From Eledone cirrhosa (taxonomy: Eukaryota): DNA of 64,000 nucleotides. This document shows, piece by piece, positions 14,016 through 26,773 of this stretch; positions within the stretch are counted from its first letter, which is position 1, and each line of letters starts with the position of its first letter. The stretch is from positions 99,634,001-99,698,000 of the forward strand of contig OZ024746.1 of assembly GCA_964016885.1 (NCBI GenBank), written 5' to 3'. A program made the translations under genes and the position numbers. The notes beneath the pieces are model-generated. The model saw only the letters and a list, made by a program, of their open reading frames with translations, ran no database searches and had not been told where the DNA came from.

Positions 14016-14766
14016 TAAAATATGTAGAAATAATTATCTTACTTAGAAACTATTTACAACATTGTTTTAGGTTTAGTTCTTATATTCCGGTTTGAAATTT
14101 TATAAATATGAATTTATTGATTTGATACAGATTCCTTCTATATCTATAAATAAAATGAATGAAATTTTGTATTGAAGATGAGACCAAGAAGTCTTTAAAA
14201 GTTTAATGAATTTAAGGACGTTATTTAACTTAAATAACGTCCTTAAATTTTAAGGACGTTAAATATTAAATATGAGAAAAGAAAAACAACTTTGTTAAAA
14301 ATGTTAAACTCGAATATATCCGTACTTTCAATATGATATGCCTGAAAGAATCGTTGTTCGTTATCTCTCTATATATATACACATGTGTATAAATTATGAT
14401 CATGGGAGTTTTGTCTGAGGACCCTGTGAATACATAGGAGAAACTCTATAGTATCAACAAGAAACACAAAACAAGTATGGACTTAATAAAGAATATAAAC
14501 CTTCTTGTGTGAACGTGTGTGTAAACTTTAAATATTCATTTCATTTATTTTGGTACAGAATATCTACCAAATCTATACATTAATACATTAATATATACTA
14601 GGATCAGCACCGCCCGCCAAATGTTTTTTTCCCTTAGTTCCCGGAAAAGTTTGTTGTGGTTCAAGATCCCTTTTATCTTTGAGCAAATGTGAACTGGATA
14701 GTGTTTCTCTTTTGCGATGGTATTTTCTAGTTTAATAATTTAAAATAAAAACAACTTATCTAATAT

Positions 14767-14907
14767 GGGCGGCGAATTGTCAGAGTCGTTAGAATGTCGG
14801 ATAGAATGCTTTATGGTATTCAATCCGGCTTTCTGCTCTCTGAGTTCAAATCCCACCGAGGTCTACTTTGCCTTTCATCCTTTCGAGGTCGATAAAAAAA
14901 GTACCAG
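14767..14907 (+). mobile_element. SINE A, older subfamily, 3'-truncated
   Basis: GGCGGCGAATTG.CAGAGTCGTTAG...GAGTTCAAATCCCACCGAGGTC...TTGCCTTTCATCC. Confidence 0.75.
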
Positions 14908-15119
14908 GGTAGATTCTTCCTCTATATCTCTTTCTCATTTCCTCTCTCTCACTTTCTATCTTTCTTTGGAAGAAATCTGTTGTACTCAGGTCTGGCGTGA
15001 GATGGGCTCCACCAGGCTTAAAATACTCAAGAAACGCTGTATGTCAATATGGTGCCCCTATGACTATTAGGAGTTACGGATCGATAGATACATACATATC
15101 TAATATATATTGAACTTCA

Positions 15120-15445
15120 TATCTGAGCAGTTATAGATTCTATCTTCACCAGAGAACCTACTAAACATGAATTCCTTTACCCCATATGTTACATCATTTG
15201 TTGAACAGATAATTGCTTTGTCAGCAAACGAGCCTCTGTTTGAATAGTTTGCTTCAAGATTCGCATATTTATAACCACAGGGTTTAAACGAATGCCGTAT
15301 TTCAGGCAAAGATCATTCGGGTTTCGAATATGCCTATACTTGGTTCCCTAGAAATATTACCATTCCTCACACGATGAAAGTAATTTGAATACTCTGTTTC
15401 ATCAGAATTACTTGCAGTAAGATGTCGGCCCATTGCTTCATTATT
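15120..15445 (-). pseudogene. Helitron PIF1-helicase relic
   Basis: Minus translation MGRHLTASNSDETEYSNYFHRVRNG ... YANLEANYSN..FADKAIICSTND..MFSRFSGEDRIYNCSD matches the NMR...F..WLL.IG.G / RAIL.P.N...LPGE...Y.S.D blocks of Helitron helicases. Confidence 0.65.
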
Positions 15446-16039
15446 ACCCCAGATATAAGATCTCCTGAGTGACCCCTCAATAATTTAGGGTGTGATAACA
15501 TGATGTAGCATCTAGTAGAACAGTTAGACTAAAGTAGGCCGAACATCTTGCGAACACATTTCAAAATATTCAAAATATGTGTATGCCAAAAACTTATCAA
15601 TGATTAACAAGTGGTCTTGCTGTGCTAGAGAGAGCTGTCTCTGTATCATGTGGATATGAAAAAAGTAGGGAACACAGTCCCCTACCTTATTTTTATTTTA
15701 TCATTGCTTACTTTCGTTATTTATTTTAGTCTTCACCAAAAATACAAAATTCATATCGCGTACAAATCATTATATAACAAATGAAAAATGAAAACAACCC
15801 TGTCGATCGCATCTCAAGAGAACTTATAAGCAATGTAGACTACGTTGATGGAGGGATGGATAGGTGAATGGGTGGTCCCGCAACACCCGGGGAAGTCGAA
15901 GGGGTGCCATATTGACTCACGGCATTTCTAGGGCATTTTTAAACCAGGGGAGCCCATCTCTTCTCCAGGTTTGAATACAGCAGATTTCTTCCAGAGACAG
16001 ATAGGGAATGATATAAAGGAAGTGGGAAAGTGATATAGA

Positions 16040-16190
16040 GGAAACCTCGACCTCGTTACTTGACTGGTACTTTCTTATAACCCTTGAATGAATGAAAGTC
16101 GACCTCGGCGGGATTTGAACTCAGAGAGCCGGAACAAATACCATAAAGAATTTTATCCGATGTTCTAAAGAATCTGCCAGTTCGCGGCCG
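16040..16190 (-). mobile_element. SINE A, older subfamily
   Basis: ACTGGTACTTT...AAAGTCGACCTCGGCGGGATTTGAACTCAGA. Confidence 0.7.
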
Positions 16191-16366
16191 AGACTGTACG
16201 TGGAAGAATTGTGAAAATAATCCTGTGTAAATGTATTTTTAAAACAAGTTATTAACACTAATTATTAATTAGTCTTATAACCGTACTTGTAGTGTTCAAT
16301 AACGTCATAGTTATTATTTTGTAAAAATACAGAAAATACCCAGGTAACATTATAATAAAGTAGAAT

Positions 16367-16558
16367 AAAGGCGGTGGATTGGCAGTATCGGTAAGGGTCG
16401 GGCGCTATGCTTTGAAGTATAGAGTTACCTCCCTGTATGATCTGAGTTCAAATCCCGCCGAGGTTAACTTTGCCTTTCATCCTTACGGAGTCGATAAAAT
16501 AAAGTACCAGTAATGCACTGGGTAATTGCTAGCCTTGTGCCAAAAGTAGAAACAATTA
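16367..16558 (+). mobile_element. SINE A, full length with TSD
   Basis: Complete head-body-tail. TSD ATTAT[A/G]ATAAAGTAGA. Confidence 0.9.
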
Positions 16559-16591
16559 TGATAAAGTAGACTTGAATATATTTTCAAAAAA

Positions 16592-19500
16592 TTAACAACT
16601 TCAGCGTTTAGCATTACTCTATATTTACTATTGTATTTTCACAGTAAAGGCTTTATCTCACATAACATTTACATTACTCTATATTTACTATTGTATTTTC
16701 ACAGTAAAGGCTTTATCTCACATAACATTTACATTACTCTATATTTACTATTGTATTTTCACAGTAAAGGCTTTATCTCACATAACATTTACATTACTCT
16801 ATATTTACTATTGTATTTTCACAGTAAAGGCTTTATCTCACATAACATTTACATTACTCTATATTTACTATTGTATTTTCACAGTAAAGGCTTTATCTCA
16901 CATAACATTTACATTACTCTATATTTACTATTGTATTTTCACAGTAAAGGCTTTACCTCACATAACATTTACATTACTCTATATTTACTATTGTATTTTC
17001 ACAGTAAAGGCTTTATCTCACATAACATTTACATTACTCTATATTTACTATTGTATTTTCACAGTAAAGGCTTTATCTCACATAACATTTACATTACTCT
17101 ATATTTACTATTGTATTTTCACAGTAAAGGCTTTATCTCACATAACATTTACATTACTCTATATTTACTATTGTATTTTCACAGTAAAGGCTTTATCTCA
17201 CATAACATTTACATTACTCTATATTTACTATTGTATTTTCACAGTAAAGGCTTTATCTCACATAACATTTACATTACTCTATATTTACTATTGTATTTTC
17301 ACAGTAAAGGCTTTACCTCACATAACATTTACATTACTCTATATTTACTATTGTATTTTCACAGTAAAGGCTTTATCTCACATAACATTTACATTACTCT
17401 ATATTTACTATTGTATTTTCACAGTAAAGGCTTTATCTCACATAACATTTACATTACTCTATATTTACTATTGTATTTTCACAGTAAAGGCTTTATCTCA
17501 CATAACATTTACATTACTCTATATTTACTATTGTATTTTCACAGTAAAGGCTTTATCTCACATAACATTTACATTACTCTATATTTACTATTGTATTTTC
17601 ACAGTAAAGGCTTTATCTCACATAACATTTACATTACTCTATATTTACTATTGTATTTTCACAGTAAAGGCTTTATCTCACATAACATTTACATTACTCT
17701 ATATTTACTATTGTATTTTCACAGTAAAGGCTTTATCTCACATAACATTTACATTACTCTATATTTACTATTGTATTTTCACAGTAAAGGCTTTATCTCA
17801 CATAACATTTACATTACTCTATATTTACTATTGTATTTTCACAGTAAAGGCTTTACCTCACATAACATTTACATTACTCTATATTTACTATTGTATTTTC
17901 ACAGTAAAGGCTTTATCTCACATAACATTTACATTACTCTATATTTACTATTGTATTGTCACAGTAAAGGCTTTACCTCACATAACATTTACATTACTCT
18001 ATATATACTATTGTATTTTCACAGTAAAGGCTTTATCTCACATAACATTTACATTACTCTATATATACTATTGTATTTTCACAGTAAAGGCTTTATCTCA
18101 CATAACATTTACATTACTCTATATATACTATTGTATTTTCACAGTAAAGGCTTTACCTCACATAACATTTACATTACTCTATATTTACTATTGTATTTTC
18201 ACAGTAAAGGCTTTATCTCACATAACATTTACATTACTCTATATTTACTATTGTATTTTCACAGTAAAGGCTTTATCTCACATAACATTTACATTACTCT
18301 ATATTTACTATTGTATTTTCACAGTAAAGGCTTTACCTCACATAACATTTACATTACTCTATATATACTATTGTATTTTCACAGTAAAGGCTTTATCTCA
18401 CATAACATTTACATTACTCTATATTTACTATTGTATTGTCACAGTAAAGGCTTTACCTCACATAACATTTACATTACTCTATATTTACTATTGTATTTTC
18501 ACAGTAAAGGCTTTATCTCACATAACATTTACATTACTCTATATTTACTATTGTATTTTCACAGTAAAGGCTTTACCTCACATAACATTTACATTACTCT
18601 ATATTTACTATTGTATTTTCACAGTAAAGGCTTTATCTCACATAACATTTACATTACTCTATATTTACTATTGTATTTTCACAGTAAAGGCTTTACCTCA
18701 CATAACATTTACATTACTCTATATTTACTATTGTATTTTCACAGTAAAGGCTTTACCTCACATAACATTTACATTACTCTATATTTACTATTGTATTTTC
18801 ACAGTAAAGGCTTTACCTCACATAACATTTACATTACTCTATATTTACTATTGTATTTTCACAGTAAAGGCTTTATCTCACATAACATTTACATTACTCT
18901 ATATTTACTATTGTATTTTCACAGTAAAGGCTTTATCTCACATAACATTTACATTACTCTATATTTACTATTGTATTTTCACAGTAAAGGCTTTATCTCA
19001 CATAACATTTACATTACTCTATATTTACTATTGTATTTTCACAGTAAAGGCTTTACCTCACATAACATTTACATTACTCTATATTTACTATTGTATTTTC
19101 ACAGTAAAGGCTTTATCTCACATAACATTTACATTACTCTATATTTACTATTGTATTTTCACAGTAAAGGCTTTATCTCACATATTTACATTACTCTATA
19201 TTTACTATTGTATTTTGACAGTAAAGGCTTTACCTCACATAACATTTACATTACTCTATATTTACTATTGTATTTTCACAGTAAAGGCTTTACCTCACAT
19301 AACATTTACATTACTCTATATTTACTATTGTATTTTCACAGTAAGGGCTTTATCTCACATAACATTTACATTACTCTATATTTACTATTGTATTTTCACA
19401 GTAAAGGCTTTATCTCACATAACATTTACATTACTCTATATTTACTATTGTATTTTCACAGTAAAGGCTTTATCTCACATAACATTTACATTACTCTATA

Positions 19501-20641
19501 TTTACTATTGTATTTTCACAGTAAAGGCTTTATCTCACATAACATTTACATTACTCTATATTTACTATTGTATTTTCACAGTAAAGGCTTTATCTCACAT
19601 AACATTTACATTACTCTATATTTACTATTGTATTTTCACAGTAAAGGCTTTATCTCACATAACATTTACATTACTCTATATTTACTATTGTATTTTCACA
19701 GTAAAGGCTTTATCTCACATAACATTTACATTACTCTATATTTACTATTGTATTTTCACAGTAAAGGCTTTATCTCACATAACATTTACATTACTCTATA
19801 TTTACTATTGTATTTTCACAGTAAAGGCTTTACCTCACATAACATTTACATTACTCTATATTTACTATTGTATTTTCACAGTAAAGGCTTTATCTCACAT
19901 AACATTTACATTACTCTATATTTACTATTGTATTTTCACAGTAAAGGCTTTATCTCACATAACATTTACATTACTCTATATTTACTATTGTATTTTCACA
20001 GTAAAGGCTTTATCTCACATAACATTTACATTACTCTATATTTACTATTGTATTTTCACAGTAAAGACTTTATCTCACATAACATTTACATTACTCTATA
20101 TGTACTATTGTATTTTCACAGTAAAGGCTTTACCTCACATAACATTTACATTACTCTATATATACTATTGTATTTTCACAGTAAAGGCTTTATCTCACAT
20201 AACATTTACATTACTCTATATTTACTATTGTATTGTCACAGTAAAGGCTTTATCTCACATAACATTTACATTACTCTATATTTACTATTGTATTTTCACA
20301 GTAAAGGCTTTATCTCACATAACATTTACATTACTCTATATTTACTATTGTATTTTCACAGTAAAGGCTTTATCTCACATAACATTTACATTACTCTATA
20401 TTTACTATTGTATTGTCACAGTAAAGGCTTTATCTCACATAACATTTACATTACTCTATATTTACTATTGTATTTTCGCGGTAAATTATCTCACATAATA
20501 TTAAATCTATGAAATTTTGATATTATTTATTTTGATATAATACCTTAATATCAGTATGAGCAGCCAGTTACAGCTGGTTTGAACAGAAAGAGGTGAAAGA
20601 ATTCTGGCCGGATACGGCCGGTTTAAATGCTAAAGGGTTAA
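16592..20641. mobile_element. TTAA-flanked (piggyBac-like) MITE whose interior is expanded into a satellite
   Basis: Right end AAATGCTAAAGGG|TTAA. Degenerate left end TTAA|CAACTTCAGCGTTTAG runs directly into the 60-bp array. Confidence 0.5.
16612..20497. repeat. 60-bp AT-rich satellite array, about 65 copies
   Basis: Unit CATTACTCTATATTTACTATTGTATTTTCACAGTAAAGGCTTTA[T/C]CTCACATAACATTTA, with one 3-bp deletion near 19183. The 1293-aa ORF is a 20-aa repeat artefact. Confidence 0.98.
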
Positions 20642-21012
20642 GACTTAAATTTCAATTCTTACAGTTCGGTGATAAAATATGTAATACTCTTAAATTCATT
20701 GGGTTTTCTTTTGTTAAATCCGCTATGGCTGATTGAAGTTCCCGAGAAATACTTTATTAAGAATCCATATCATATGAAACTGTGGATTTGTTTAGTTCTT
20801 AGCTTGGGCTAGACAACATCATACTCAAGTAGTTAAGATATACACTAGTTCACTACGCAATCATATGGTTAGTTATGCTACGATATAAACCGTACAGTAG
20901 TACCTCGATTAAGTTTCGTACAATATAAAAAGACAATATTATAACAAAATAGATTTGAATTAATTTTTTCCAAGAATTTAAAATTTAAAATTCAATCTTC
21001 TGGCTCAGTATG

Positions 21013-21096
<84 letters not shown>

Positions 21097-21159
21097 TGGT
21101 AGAACACTGGAAGGTAATATCTGTAGTGGTAGAGCACTCGGTCCATGGAACGAGTTAGG

Positions 21160-21354
21160 TAGAAGTGGTTACACAACAGTTAGTTCACCATACCGAGAAC
21201 AATTGTTTCACCTTAGCGGATCCTCAGCTCGTAATGGACATGGTTATACGGACATGGTTATTCCGTATAACCATGTCCATTACGAGCTGAGGATCCGCTA
21301 AGGTGAAACAATTGTTCTCGGTATGGTGAACTAACTGTTGTGTAACCACTTCTA
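21160..21354. repeat. Perfect inverted repeat (arms about 93 bp, 9-nt loop), Penelope pLTR-like
   Basis: TAGAAGTGGTTACAC...TTATACGGA catggttat TCCGTATAA...GTGTAACCACTTCTA. Confidence 0.9.
21283..21320 (+). ncRNA. Minimal type I hammerhead ribozyme (mirror copy on minus strand at 21194-21231)
   Basis: CGAG-CTGAGGA-T CC gctaa GG T-GAAA-CAATTG-T T-CTCG: intact core, stem I CGAG/CTCG, palindromic stem III, GUU triplet. Confidence 0.7.
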
Positions 21355-21450
21355 TATATGTATATATATATATACTATTAATGAGTTCAAAACCCAGGCA
21401 GTCCTTTACAATGAAATAGCTCAAAGAAAGAAGTATTCCTGAGCCGTGTA

Positions 21451-21639
21451 ATACAAGTTAATATAAATTAATATATTTGATAAACACAAATACCAACATA
21501 TCCATGTTTGTATTGTAAGTGACTAAGTTAGCTAGATTGAAAAAATGTTTCAATCTAGCTAACTTAGTCACTTACAATACAAACATGGATATGTTGGTAT
21601 TTGTGTTTATCAAATATATTAATTTATATTATATTAACT

Positions 21640-21643
<4 letters not shown>
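21451..21643. repeat. Near-perfect inverted repeat (arms about 92 bp)
   Basis: ATACAAGTTAATAT...TAGCTAGATTGAAA aaatg TTTCAATCTAGCTA...ATATTAACTTGTAT. Confidence 0.85.
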
Positions 21644-21670
<27 letters not shown>

Positions 21671-22823
21671 CAAATAAAGTGTGGTAAGAAACAAGGTGGA
21701 CCATAACGCACCAGAGTACTCGATGCTTAGGGTAGTAGAGTGGGTAATAGGAACAGCTTAGTTCGGATTTAGCTGTCGAGACGGCCGGAGTTCAGCCGTC
21801 GGGGTCCTGACTCTTTTCTAATATATATATATTGCAGTTCGGTAAGTTTTGTTGCGTAAATACTTCTACGTGGGTTTCAATGCCTGAATAAACACTTCAT
21901 TAAAGTTAAACAATGGTACGAAACTTTCAGGAGAGCTGGGTAACAGAAGGGGTTCAGAGAAGAAAGCCCACCCCAAGCGAGTGTTTCGGCTCTTAACTTC
22001 AGAAACACTCGCTTGGGGTGTTTAAATGTCTGAATAAACACTTATTAAAATTCAACATATGTAAACGTAGATTTGTTTTTAATTCTCGGCAGGGATTTAA
22101 AAACATGCATGAACGCTTAATTAAGACTTTTAGTACACAATTTTATGGTTCAAGACCTAATCTCCTGCTTGAATATGTATAACAAGCAATAACAGCAGGT
22201 TTACCTAAATATTGAGTGAAGTTCAGTGAACTTAAGCTATAACCCGAGAACATTCTGTTTTATATAACTAGGTATAGGAACTTTCGCTGATATATAGATA
22301 TATTCTGTAGCACCAGTTGAAATCAATTTCCTCCACTCCTTGCACATCGCTAAACACACTTTTAAAAACAACCCGCTATAACACAAAAGGCCCAGAAACC
22401 AACTGTACTTCAGGTTTTGTAAAGGAAATTGCCCTCGACTAGATGGATTCCCTGACGAGGGCTAGGGGTCGACCACTCTCCGGATATATACATCTACACA
22501 GAATATATATATATATATGTATAAGCTATTGGATAGTTGTTAATTTTCCTGAGTTCCTCCGCCCTTATGACGGGTTTGTTTTTCATACCTTAGAGTGTGC
22601 ATAAAATCCCCTTCCTAACCCAGCAAACTTGGTGGGGTTGTCGGTTTAGTCACCGACGACGATACCAGCTTTCAGGCTGTTCTAGGCTACATGGTAGCAG
22701 AAGTGCGGCCTGACATAACACACACACACACACGCGCACATATATATATGTGTGTGTGTGCGTGTGGGTGGGTGTTGGGGGTATGTATGTGTGTTTATAT
22801 ATAATATATGTATCTATATATGC

Positions 22824-22915
<92 letters not shown>

Positions 22916-22959
22916 CAGGAAAGAAGGTTTACATGGTTTGCTATACAAAAAAGTTTTTA

Positions 22960-24282
22960 ATCACATAGCTTACATTTGTTTCACTGAACTGGTATGTCTA
23001 GAGATCGCTATCCGCTTAATTTTGCGTTACTCGATCGCCAATACAGAATTATAACCAGTCAGATCTTCGGAGCATGCGAGAATGAAGAAAATACACAGGC
23101 AAGAAAAGAAAAGAAAATACAGGCTACTATATGGAGTAGTCATGGCATTCAATTAGAACAATAACAACAATGCTATCAATAAATTATTTAAGGAGACCCT
23201 GACATTACTTAGGTAGGGGGTATATAATGTATCTAATATTACGGCGTGAAAACTAGCTGTCATAAGGCAAAGTGAAGCGTTGACGTGTACAGAGTATCGT
23301 AGTGTAAATCAATTTTAAATTATAAAGATAAGCTAGTTTTTACAGTCTTTCTCTTCATCTTCAACAGTATACATGAGTGGGACCACTGTCAAAGCTAAAT
23401 AGTTGTAGAGTTAATACAGAGGTTAACGAATTAATATACGCATATATCTACGCACACACACACACACACACACATATACATATATATATAAATATATATA
23501 CACATATATACACATGCATGTGTACATAGACACATACATACACATCAATATACACTCGTACAAAAATATACATACATGCAAAGAGAAAAGCGTGCTAATT
23601 GTAATTATGGCAAAAAGAAGGTAAAATAACATTGTAGTAGTGAGATGAGAAAAACTAGGATCTAGGATCAAATGATTGCAGCAGCTGAGAAGGAGTAAGA
23701 TTGTTGGTAGATGAGGTATTTACAGACAATTGTGTGGTATAGACTTGTGAAGGAAATAGTATACCTAATGAAAGTATTTCTGTGGGTAGTAGGTATCCTA
23801 ATTTAAAGCTATGTTATATTGGTTCGATTCACGGAGGTTTGAATCTTATGAATTTAGTGGCTATTCTATGTCTGCAGAAGATAGATCTTTCTAACTTATT
23901 ATTAAGTAGCCTTTTAACATTTCTAAGGATATACAATAGCTCAAGATCACACAGCCCGCAATAGGACAACCCTGTACTATAGGTTTTAGCAGCCGACAAC
24001 TTCGACCAGTTGATACTGTAGTTAGTATTGCTGTCCTTCAATTCCCATATTTTTCTGGCGAGGGTGGTGGAACCCATAAGTGCTCGGTTTTTCATTGAGT
24101 GCCTATGCACATACCATCTTTTCTTAAAAGAACCCGCGGTGGATCCTATGTAACTCCAGGTGGAGTTACCCGAGATGACAGTGCACATGTACACCAGGCT
24201 CGAATCGAGACATCTGTTCGCCTTATGACAGCTAGTTTTCACGCCGTAACATTAGATACATTATATACCCCCTACCTAAGTA
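22960..24282 (-). mobile_element. 5'-truncated Penelope-like element: GIY-YIG remnant, 3' UTR with hammerhead, and an inverted copy of a 3' segment at its 5' end
   Basis: 23829-24242 encodes VYMC...YIGSTAGSFKKRWYVH...LARKIWELKD..YSINWS...CGLCDLE (PLE GIY-YIG). 23207-23270 and 24219-24282 are inverted copies. Confidence 0.8.
22964..23076 (-). ncRNA. Hammerhead-like motif with extended stem II
   Basis: Minus strand: CATGCT-CCGAAGA-T CTGACTGGT...(about 60 nt)...ACCAGTTCAG T-GAAA-CAAATG-TA-AGCTATG. GUA triplet, with a U4>C core substitution. Confidence 0.55.
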
Positions 24283-24310
24283 TATTTCTACAAATTCAAT
24301 ACTTGATGAC

Positions 24311-24378
<68 letters not shown>

Positions 24379-24405
24379 GTCATCAAGTATTGAATTTGTA
24401 GAAAT
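24283..24405. repeat. Inverted repeat centred on (TA)n
   Basis: ATTTCTACAAATTCAATACTTGATGACCCAA (TA)n TTGGGTCATCAAGTATTGAATTTGTAGAAAT. A third arm copy follows at about 24423-24457. Confidence 0.85.
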
Positions 24406-25721
24406 TTGTTGGAAAAACGGAAATTTCTACAAATTTCATACTTGACGATCCAATATAAATATATATATATATATATATAAATGAAAGGTATAGAAAACAC
24501 TGCAGCGAAAAGCCAACAGCACTCCATAATATATCTGTTAGAACACGAAAAGTGTGAAACACAGAATGTTCACTTTTCGTGTTCTAACATATATGCCTAG
24601 CTTCTTTAAAAATTTTTCGGGGATAGCCGTGGTGGTGATCGTATGTGATTGGCTAATTTTCAACCAATCAGAGTACCTCTCTCTATATCTCTTCCACTGT
24701 TACTTACGCCTGTTTCTCTCTATCTGTTCCGTCTCTATTTATATCTCTTACTCTTTCGCTTTGCACTCCTCCCCTTCAATACCATCTCTCCCCCTCTCTA
24801 TATATTTGTTACTCTATCGCTGCACGCTCCTCTCCTTCAATATATCAATTACACACGCTTTACACTCCTTTATCCCCAGCGCCCCTATATATACACCCCC
24901 TCTCCCGCATCTATATTTTAATGTACCGTTGCACCGTGAATACATGTGTCTATATATATATATACATATATATTGTATATACACATTCATGTATGTGTAT
25001 ACACACTCATGTATGTATATACACTGGTTTTATGTGTGTATTGTAAATTTGTACTGTTAAAACACGAAACTAACATTCGATTGACACTTTGATTACCTGT
25101 ACAGGCAATAGTTATTAGAATGCTGTTGAAGTGTGTATATATTTTTGGGGGACATCCTGTATATACACACATTATATATAATACAATAAACAGATAAATA
25201 CACACATATATATATGAGCTTATTTAATTATAAATATTGTGAATTTTTAACTCAGTTCAATTATATATATAAATGGCTTCTACAGGACTAGAACTGTTTC
25301 ATTCGAAAGAAATCATCATAATATTGAGAGGGGGGACTAGATAAAATATTTCAAATCAAATGTGTATAAGTTATAAGTTAAAATGTATAAATAGAGACGA
25401 TAGTGGAGGTATATCTGTTTAGTGGAACAGTAGACGATAGAATTAAATACAGACGATAATCTCCCTTTAATGAAACAGCAGACGATAGAATTAAGGCAAT
25501 TTAAATTTTAAGCATTTGCATTTTTGCCTTTCATCGTTACGGGGTCGATAAAATAAAGTACCAGTAATACACTGTCACTAGACGACTTTCAAATTGAATT
25601 GTTGGTTCCATTTCTTTAGTATTTTCAATTGTAGTTATCTACTTAAAAAGCGTTACACGGTTAGAGACATAATTCGTAAGTTATATCTTCCCTATTAAAC
25701 CATTGCATTATTTCGCCTACA

Positions 25722-25907
25722 GGGCGGTGAATTGGCAGTATCGGTAGAGGGTTGGACGCCATGCTTTCTAGCATAGTTACGTCCCTTTACAGTCTGAGTT
25801 CAAATCCCGCCGAGGTTAACTTTGCCTTTCATCCTTACGGGGTCGATAAAATAAAGTACCAGTAATGTACTGGGTAATTTGCTGGCCTTGTGCCTAAAGT
25901 AGAAACA
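25722..25907 (+). mobile_element. SINE A, full length, perfect 15-bp TSD
   Basis: TSD ATTATTTCGCCTACA on both sides. Confidence 0.92.
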
Positions 25908-26139
25908 ATTATTTCGCCTACAATAGAACAAAAATGAAATGTTCTTTAAAGAAACAGGAATATAACTTTATAAAAAAAAAAGTTGCATCCGCTTCTTTTA
26001 TCATTGATAATTTTTTCGTTTTAATATTAATTGTTTTTTGCAGTTGTTTATATTAAAAATCTTACTGTAATATTTACTTAAACGAAGGCAAACATCTAAA
26101 CTTATAGATTAATCTTGAGCGAAGGACTAGATAAATCTC

Positions 26140-26210
<71 letters not shown>

Positions 26211-26599
26211 GAAGAATGATAAAATTTCAAGCAAAGAGTTTAATTAGGTATATTTTGTAATATTATTAACTAATTATTATAATTAACGCGCATATTTTGC
26301 TATCCTCAAACACGTTTACACATGGCATGAAATATAACTAATCCGAGATGGCTAGGTTTCATCTTCTAACTGGATAAACGAAATCCATTATGTCTTGACA
26401 ACAACATGAGGTAACATTATGTTATTCACAGACACACTTTGTACACTGTTCCATATCAGAATGTATTTCCTTCGTCACATTCACAAACAGTATTGAAAAT
26501 ATGTTCTTCGGCAAATAAAAATGTTTTGTTCATAATATTTCAACTAGCGATTGCTCTACTCCACGCACGACCACCATAAATTAATGACCAGCTCAACAC

Positions 26600-26773
26600 A
26601 AGTATTGGTAGAGCGTCAGACACCATGCTTTGCAGTATTGTTATGGTCCTTTGCATTCTAAGTTCAAATCCTGCCGAGGTTAACTTCGACTTTCATACTT
26701 ACTAATTCGATAAAATAAAGTACCAGTAATGGACTGCCGTAATGGATTTGTGCCGAAAAATAGAAACACTATT
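26600..26773 (+). mobile_element. SINE A, diverged
   Basis: GTTCAAATCCTGCCGAGGTTAAC...ATAAAATAAAGTACCAG...TTGTGCCGAAAAATAGAAAC. Confidence 0.75.

Noticed and set aside
15890-16010. Apparent minus-strand exon ending in GTGAGT
   Set aside because: It is homologous to 14960-15070 in the opposite orientation, so it is an interspersed repeat, and its translation is not SLC7-like.
16631-20512. 1293-aa ORF
   Set aside because: It is a 60-bp satellite whose unit lacks a stop in this frame. It has a TTG start, no unique domain and no splice context.
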